IMG/VR virus record: IMGVR_UViG_3300043449_002204
Span: 13,736-77,735 of that record
Source: a virus
Direction: 5' to 3' (one strand)
DNA: 64,000 nt
The notes beneath the pieces were generated by a model that made no database searches, had not been told where the DNA came from, and saw only the letters and a program-made list of their open reading frames with translations. Below, in pieces: positions 60,401-64,000 of this stretch. How positions within the stretch are numbered: position 1 is the first letter of the stretch; every line of letters begins with the position of its first letter. Made by a program: the position numbers and the translations under genes.

Positions 60401-61050
60401 ATTACACCATAATAATAAATTGAGGATGCGACGGTTTGTCCAGATACTAATATTTGATTAAATACCTGATTATTAAATTGACTTTGTAATGTTGTAGTAC
60501 TTCCATTAAATAATTCTAAAGGATTTGAGAATTTGTTTGCAATTATTGTTGGAATTTGAGACGTATCAAAAGTTATTGAATTGATGTCATTAGAGCACCC
60601 GTTGAAATTTATCGAAAAATCTATAACTTCATAGTCAACACATTCTACTACACAATCAACAGTACTTGACGCATTACAGTAAAAATCAACCGTAGAACCG
60701 TCAACATTAGCCTTTGTTGTAATAGACCATGATGGTCCTGCATCGTACCCTGATAATCCTAATACTCTTGTTACGAACAATTGATTTGATTGTTGTAAAT
60801 AAGCTTTTGCAATATACGCCGCTTCATATTTAGGTATTTGGGTGTTAATAAATTTTTCTGGTGAGGTTCCACCAAAATAAGTTGTAAATTCATCAAAGTT
60901 TCTGATAAAAATTGGTTCGAATGCTGGACCCCTCAATGTCTCACCCACGATACCAAGTGTAGTTACACCAACACTTTGAGCTACAAAACTTAAATCAACC
61001 TCCGAAGTATAAACTCCGGGTGATACGAATACTTTACTGTTGCTTGCCAT
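57484..61050 (-). CDS. Contractile tail sheath protein (T4 gp18-like) with insertions
   Basis: Motifs FVSPGVYTSEVDLS, GPAFEP, YYPW, PWFAAAGYTRG, RINPI, WGNKTLQ, RINVRRLL and IYIKPTRSLEFI. Confidence 0.96.
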   Translation of the reverse strand: MASNSKVFVSPGVYTSEVDLSFVAQSVGVTTLGIVGETLRGPAFEPIFIRNFDEFTTYFGGTSPEKFINTQIPKYEAAYIAKAYLQQSNQLFVTRVLGLSGYDAGPSWSITTKANVDGSTVDFYCNASSTVDCVVECVDYEVIDFSINFNGCSNDINSITFDTSQIPTIIANKFSNPLELFNGSTTTLQSQFNNQVFNQILVSGQTVASSIYYYGVISGETYDTLSTTYSAETNVFGVDSVSSTGYDYTDSNNDPWYYALFDNNSHEVGGYSGYSFYSYIENFIATSTSSNCATFYTFALDGNVGSINYNTNTITVCVPALSAVFTPTFTTCVDDNNVTVNGTVIYDGASFLDLTSGSVVIQLVSNDGTVTVDWTIVAVVSDPCNPCTATGAGSGNVGTITRCYSGTLTGKIFVYSGTPYLEYDDLVIATLRSRGLATYGNDTGAVYEVTGLTDVSMVTTGEYSGVTKNPYSTFGLNVTNNDGTTLFFQTSFTNADTQYISKVFGSTNFAKPRQTVPLFVEERYQNLLTYGYRKGYIKGLNTSLTALDSARSEDVTSIGFYLEQYQSAVSPWVVSELRGSKVYNLFRFHTIADGEDANVQVKISMINMSFANQTFDILVRDYFDSDNAPVVLEKFTNCSMDPNENGFIATKIGTSNGEYQLNSKYIMVEMNEDAPTDALPCGFLGYNIRQYAGVVPPFPIYKTKYDFPGEVVYNPPFGTSAGADDAITSAGDNIRRTYLGISDTVGYDVDFFAYKGKRLPNGICLDPTGEEWGYRTKGFHMDKNATGITIANAFTTSGTAAFYCGSAPFITDPEDSESPYYRLYGRKFTLAVQGGFDGWDIYTERRTNSDRFVLGKSGYLKGACESIQYPNATGWGAFKKITIGKNSVDWANTDYYAYLLGQQTFSNPEAVNINLFVTPGIDYVNNSNLVESAIEMIEFDRADSLYICTTPDYNMLVPSAGNPEEIIYPQEAVDNLETTGIDSNYTCTYYPWVLTRDSVNNTQIYLPATAEVTRNLALTDNIAFPWFAAAGYTRGIVNAIKARKKLTQEDRDILYKGRINPIATFSDVGTVIWGNKTLQVRESALDRINVRRLLLQARKLISAVSVRLLFEQNDQKVRQDFLDAVNPILDAIRRDRGLYDFRVTVSSDTADLDRNQMTGKIYIKPTRSLEFIDITFYITPTGASFENI

Positions 61051-61140
61051 TAGTTTTGAGTTTCTTTATTTTTTATTTTTATAGATAAATATTCAGGAAA
61101 AAACCAAAATTCTTGACTTAATGATAAGTATTTATAAATT

Positions 61141-61165
61141 AGGCAGACTATTTTCTGCCTTTTTT
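61141..61165 (+). terminator. Terminator-like hairpin in the leader of the RHH micro-gene
   Basis: aggcaga-ctattt-tctgcct followed by a T-tract. Confidence 0.6.
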
Positions 61166-61170
61166 ATCTT

Positions 61171-61335
61171 ATGTCACAGAGCGGTCGAGAAATAAAGAAT
61201 TTGAAGATATCAAAAGAGGTGCACGATGTCTTAAAGATTTATTGTGATAAGAATGGGATTAAAATGTACAGGTTTTTGGAAAAACTAATAATTGAGAAAT
61301 GTAAGGAAAAAAAAGATATCTATGGTGAAGACTAA
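61171..61335 (+). CDS. 54-aa ribbon-helix-helix (Arc/CopG-like) DNA-binding protein (not in track)
   Basis: MSQSGREIKNLKISKEVHDVLKIYCDKNGIKMYRFLEKLIIEKCKEKKDIYGED*: strand KNLKI, helix, G turn, helix. Confidence 0.7.
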   Translation: MSQSGREIKNLKISKEVHDVLKIYCDKNGIKMYRFLEKLIIEKCKEKKDIYGED

Positions 61336-62366
61336 ATGATGATAGACATAAGAGTTATTTTAGATTCTTCGCTCTCGTTCTTTTTTGTAACTACTATTCT
61401 TAACGCGTCACCCGTGTTAATCTGTATCTTGTTAGGGTTATTACCGAAAAACGAACCATTTATATAAACCTCAAAATCCGAAATATTTTTTGTTTTTTCT
61501 ACAATTAAATCGGCAGTATAATCGAACCTTTCGTTAATTTCATCATTACCAACAACAAATAATACATTAATTTTTGGCTCCTTTTCTAATTCATTTTTAA
61601 CTTGTCGTCTTGTAACTTTTTCGTCAACTTCAACTATTTGTAATAATCTGTTGATTGCTGGAGATACCTCAAATTCATCCTCATCAATTAAGAACCCCAA
61701 CAGGGTAAACGAATAACTCTGAATATAATATTTTCTTTTTTCAATATCTAATACAGATTCATCAGATATGTCACCCATTACAATCGGAATATAATGTCCT
61801 TTAATGTTTGCGTAAGCTTGTCTTGACGCAAATTTCTCAATAACAATCTTGTTAAACTTATTTAACTCTCTCATTCTATTGCATATAATCTTAACCGTGT
61901 AAGATATATCAACAGGTACTGGTTGTGGTATCCTGTAAATGTCATACCCATGTCTTTGTCCATCCCATGTTGGGACTTGTGCATAAAAATAAAGTTTCCT
62001 ATTTGGTATGTTATACATTAACGCAGGATTTGTTCCAAACTTAACTTCGGGCACTCTAACTACGGTAATAAATGGTGGCTCGGCATTTTTGTCCAAGTTT
62101 TGAAAATTCCATGTCTCAGTAAACTGTGTCCAGTTTTGGGTTGTGACAAGGATGTCAACCATAGGAACTTTTTTACCATCAACAACTGTTTCTAATTCTG
62201 TTTTAACAAAGTCTAAAAATCCTTTATCTAAATCGGCATGTAATAAAGATTTTGGTAAATACGTACCATCCTTATTGATTTTATCAACAAGTTCCCTCCT
62301 TCTTGGTAACAAAGTTTTTGACTCCGTTAGAGGTAAAAATTTTTTTATCTTTTTTGGTAACGCCAT
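61332..62366 (-). CDS. Tail completion / terminator protein (T4 gp15-like)
   Basis: IPQPVPVDISYTVKIICNRMRELNK..YYIQSYSFTLLGFL. Lies between the neck and sheath genes. Confidence 0.65.
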   Translation of the reverse strand: MALPKKIKKFLPLTESKTLLPRRRELVDKINKDGTYLPKSLLHADLDKGFLDFVKTELETVVDGKKVPMVDILVTTQNWTQFTETWNFQNLDKNAEPPFITVVRVPEVKFGTNPALMYNIPNRKLYFYAQVPTWDGQRHGYDIYRIPQPVPVDISYTVKIICNRMRELNKFNKIVIEKFASRQAYANIKGHYIPIVMGDISDESVLDIEKRKYYIQSYSFTLLGFLIDEDEFEVSPAINRLLQIVEVDEKVTRRQVKNELEKEPKINVLFVVGNDEINERFDYTADLIVEKTKNISDFEVYINGSFFGNNPNKIQINTGDALRIVVTKKNESEESKITLMSIII

Positions 62367-62524
62367 TATTCTTCGTTATCGTGTCCACATTTATGACATA
62401 TATATGGGTCATCTCCACCTTCGGATAACTTCCACGACCAATCACATTGGTCACAAACTACTTTTTCAGAATCAACAAACTCTAAAATTCTTTTAATTTG
62501 TTCTTCGGTTAATTTTATTTTCAT
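62366..62524 (-). CDS. 52-aa zinc-ribbon micro-protein (not in track)
   Basis: MKIKLTEEQIKRILEFVDSEKVVCDQCDWSWKLSEGGDDPYICHKCGHDNEE*. It fills the gap exactly, with ATGA and TAATG overlaps. Confidence 0.8.
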   Translation of the reverse strand: MKIKLTEEQIKRILEFVDSEKVVCDQCDWSWKLSEGGDDPYICHKCGHDNEE

Positions 62525-63036
62525 AATCCTCTAAATTCGTTATCAACAACTGCAGATGCCATAATCGTTCTGTAAAACGGTTTGTAACCTGCGTAAGTAT
62601 GTTTATTATCAGATATTACACGACCATCGTTATTAACCACATAGTATCTCACACGATTTTCAGTTTCATAATAACCAATGTAATCACCGTAGTTAATATC
62701 AATCTCCAACTCATCTAATTGTTTTTGGTAAACTGATATTCTAATGTTACCTGGCTCAACTTGGTCTATCTTTGAATTACCTAAATATTTGTTTTCAGGG
62801 GCCATTACCTGTACATAAGCTTTGAATTCAACGGGAGGTAAAAATTTAATACCATCAGTTAAAGCTTCACCATACACATCATCTGTTTTGGTTTTTTGTT
62901 TATCAACACGATATAAAACCAATGTAAAATTCATGTCACCGTGTAACCATTCCTCACCCATTGAGATATCGAGGTCGTAATCCTCGACCCCAAAAAACTT
63001 TCCTATCCTTGATATTGGTACTCTTGGTTGTGCCAT
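62521..63036 (-). CDS. Neck / head-closure protein (T4 gp14-like); start revised to MAQPRVP
   Basis: LYRVD..TDDVYGEA..FLPPVE..GDYI. The ATG at 63036 is 4 nt after TATTTAT, whereas the track start overlaps the divergent helicase. Confidence 0.65.
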   Translation of the reverse strand: MAQPRVPISRIGKFFGVEDYDLDISMGEEWLHGDMNFTLVLYRVDKQKTKTDDVYGEALTDGIKFLPPVEFKAYVQVMAPENKYLGNSKIDQVEPGNIRISVYQKQLDELEIDINYGDYIGYYETENRVRYYVVNNDGRVISDNKHTYAGYKPFYRTIMASAVVDNEFRGL

Positions 63037-63040
63037 ATTG

Positions 63041-63060
63041 ATAAATATCGAATTATTTAT
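63041..63060. promoter_or_regulatory. Back-to-back TATTTAT elements serving divergent genes
   Basis: ataaata-tcgaat-tatttat inverted pair between the neck gene and the SNF2 gene. Confidence 0.55.
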
Positions 63061-63072
63061 TATTTTTATAAT

Positions 63073-64000
63073 GTGTTGAATTCGACTTCGACAAATTTGA
63101 TTGAGCAACGAGCTTTGGGTATTCTCGATAATTATTCGGGGGCTAATAACTACATCCTAAAATTAAAATATAATAAAGAACACAATAAAAAGTTTTACCC
63201 CACCCGCGCTCAATCAGAATATATAACAACATTCCACGAAGTTTCACCAAAAGTTGCAAAAAAGTGGGTTGACTTAGACCCGTATTTCGCTAAAAAAATT
63301 GCCGACGAAAAATTGTATACCGAGATACCAACGGAATGTTGGATTGAAAAATTATTGATTGAAAAAGAAAAGTCGTATCACGTTTGGGGTAAGTTTTTTT
63401 CGGGAGAAACAATTCACGATTTTTGGTTACCAAAAGGAGCACTTATTAAATCTCACCGAATCGAAAAAGTTGAGATTGATTACTCTAAGTATTCTCACCG
63501 TCCACCGCTCGAACATCAAAAGGAGGCAATTGAGAAATTGGCTGGTAGTAAAAGATTTATTCTTGCCGATGATATGGGTTTGGGTAAAACAACCTCAACA
63601 ATAATTGCGGCATTAGAGACGGGAGCGAAAAAGATTTTAATTGTTTGTCCTGCCACATTAAAAGTTAACTGGCTTCGAGAAATACAAAACTATACAGACC
63701 GTAGTGTTTTTATATCAGAGGGGAAATCGTTCTCAACCGAGCATGATTTTGTAATTGTAAATTATGATATTTTAAAAAACTTTTACGACGCAAAGGATAA
63801 AGAAAATTCTCCTATAACACAGTCAAACTTTGATTTAATTATATTGGATGAGGCTCATTATGTTCAGAATGCCCAAGCTCAAAGAACAAAAATTGTTAAT
63901 AGTGTTTGTAAAAAAGTCGATAAATTGTGGTTGTTAACTGGTACACCAATGACATCTCGACCAATGAATTATTTTAATTTGTTGAGTTTAATTGATAGCC
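63073..64000 (+). CDS. SNF2-family (SMARCAL1/HARP-like) helicase, runs off the window end (not in track)
   Basis: Open frame from GTG 63073 or TTG 63076 containing HQKEAI, ILADDMGLGKT, LIVCPATLKVNW, IVNYD, IILDEAH and LLTGTP. Confidence 0.9.
   Translation, partial: MLNSTSTNLIEQRALGILDNYSGANNYILKLKYNKEHNKKFYPTRAQSEYITTFHEVSPKVAKKWVDLDPYFAKKIADEKLYTEIPTECWIEKLLIEKEKSYHVWGKFFSGETIHDFWLPKGALIKSHRIEKVEIDYSKYSHRPPLEHQKEAIEKLAGSKRFILADDMGLGKTTSTIIAALETGAKKILIVCPATLKVNWLREIQNYTDRSVFISEGKSFSTEHDFVIVNYDILKNFYDAKDKENSPITQSNFDLIILDEAHYVQNAQAQRTKIVNSVCKKVDKLWLLTGTPMTSRPMNYFNLLSLIDS

Noticed and set aside
27744-61050. Bacterial extracellular contractile injection system or tailocin
   Set aside because: The interspersed gp32-like SSB, UvsX, helicase, RNR and neck genes indicate a replicating phage genome.
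9150-62496. Numerous 60-140-aa ORFs nested in or antisense to long genes (e.g. 30011..30409, 40690..41103, 58470..58817, 62143..62496)
   Set aside because: They overlap well-supported genes, have no recognisable motifs, and are expected by chance.
63359-63604. 81-aa plus-strand ORF in the track
   Set aside because: It is out of frame inside the SNF2 helicase gene.
1-64000. Stop-codon reassignment, as in some large phages
   Set aside because: Long ORFs are intact in the standard code. TAG (5258, 61332) and TGA (27744, 55024, 62521) end genes at natural boundaries.
1-64000. tRNA, rRNA or large ncRNA genes
   Set aside because: Intergenic gaps are short (about 120 bp at most), and no cloverleaf or T-loop signatures were seen by eye. 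A tRNAscan-SE/Infernal run would confirm.

Overview
This window is an AT-rich, gene-dense segment of a large (probably jumbo) contractile-tailed phage with T4-like gene architecture. It uses the standard genetic code, since TAA, TAG and TGA all serve as stops. Most genes are on the minus strand. From right to left they are: neck and tail-completion genes, tail sheath, a HAD-fold enzyme, tail tube, a gp26/gp51-like chaperone pair with a probable frameshift, tape measure, a tube-initiator with an OmpA-like insert, a gp53/LysM-like protein and a 2461-aa baseplate hub. Next comes an embedded replication block (gp32-like SSB, UvsX/RecA, 5'-3' exonuclease, DnaB-like helicase, NrdB, NrdA), then gp25, gp6/J, a long run of Cys-rich baseplate and fibre genes (SprB repeats, PKD-like, split tail-collar domain) and a RuvC-like resolvase. 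The left end carries plus-strand fibre/adhesin genes, and a SNF2 helicase runs off the right end. A Bacteroidota host is inferred from the lack of Shine-Dalgarno sites, the SprB repeats and the NrdAe/NrdBe-type RNR. The most notable signals are: (1) a strand-oriented TATTTAT(A) element, the reverse complement of the T4 late promoter, upstream of 15 starts and only 4-5 nt from the ATG in five cases; (2) a +1/-2 frameshift in the tail chaperone; (3) a modular SprB-stalk, Thr-Pro linker and repeated propeller-like adhesin system; (4) unannotated micro-ORFs (RHH, Zn ribbon, C2H2-like); (5) candidate I/L-x-E propeptide head-packaged cargo, including the HAD enzyme. All protein family calls come from motif recognition by eye; no database search was run.
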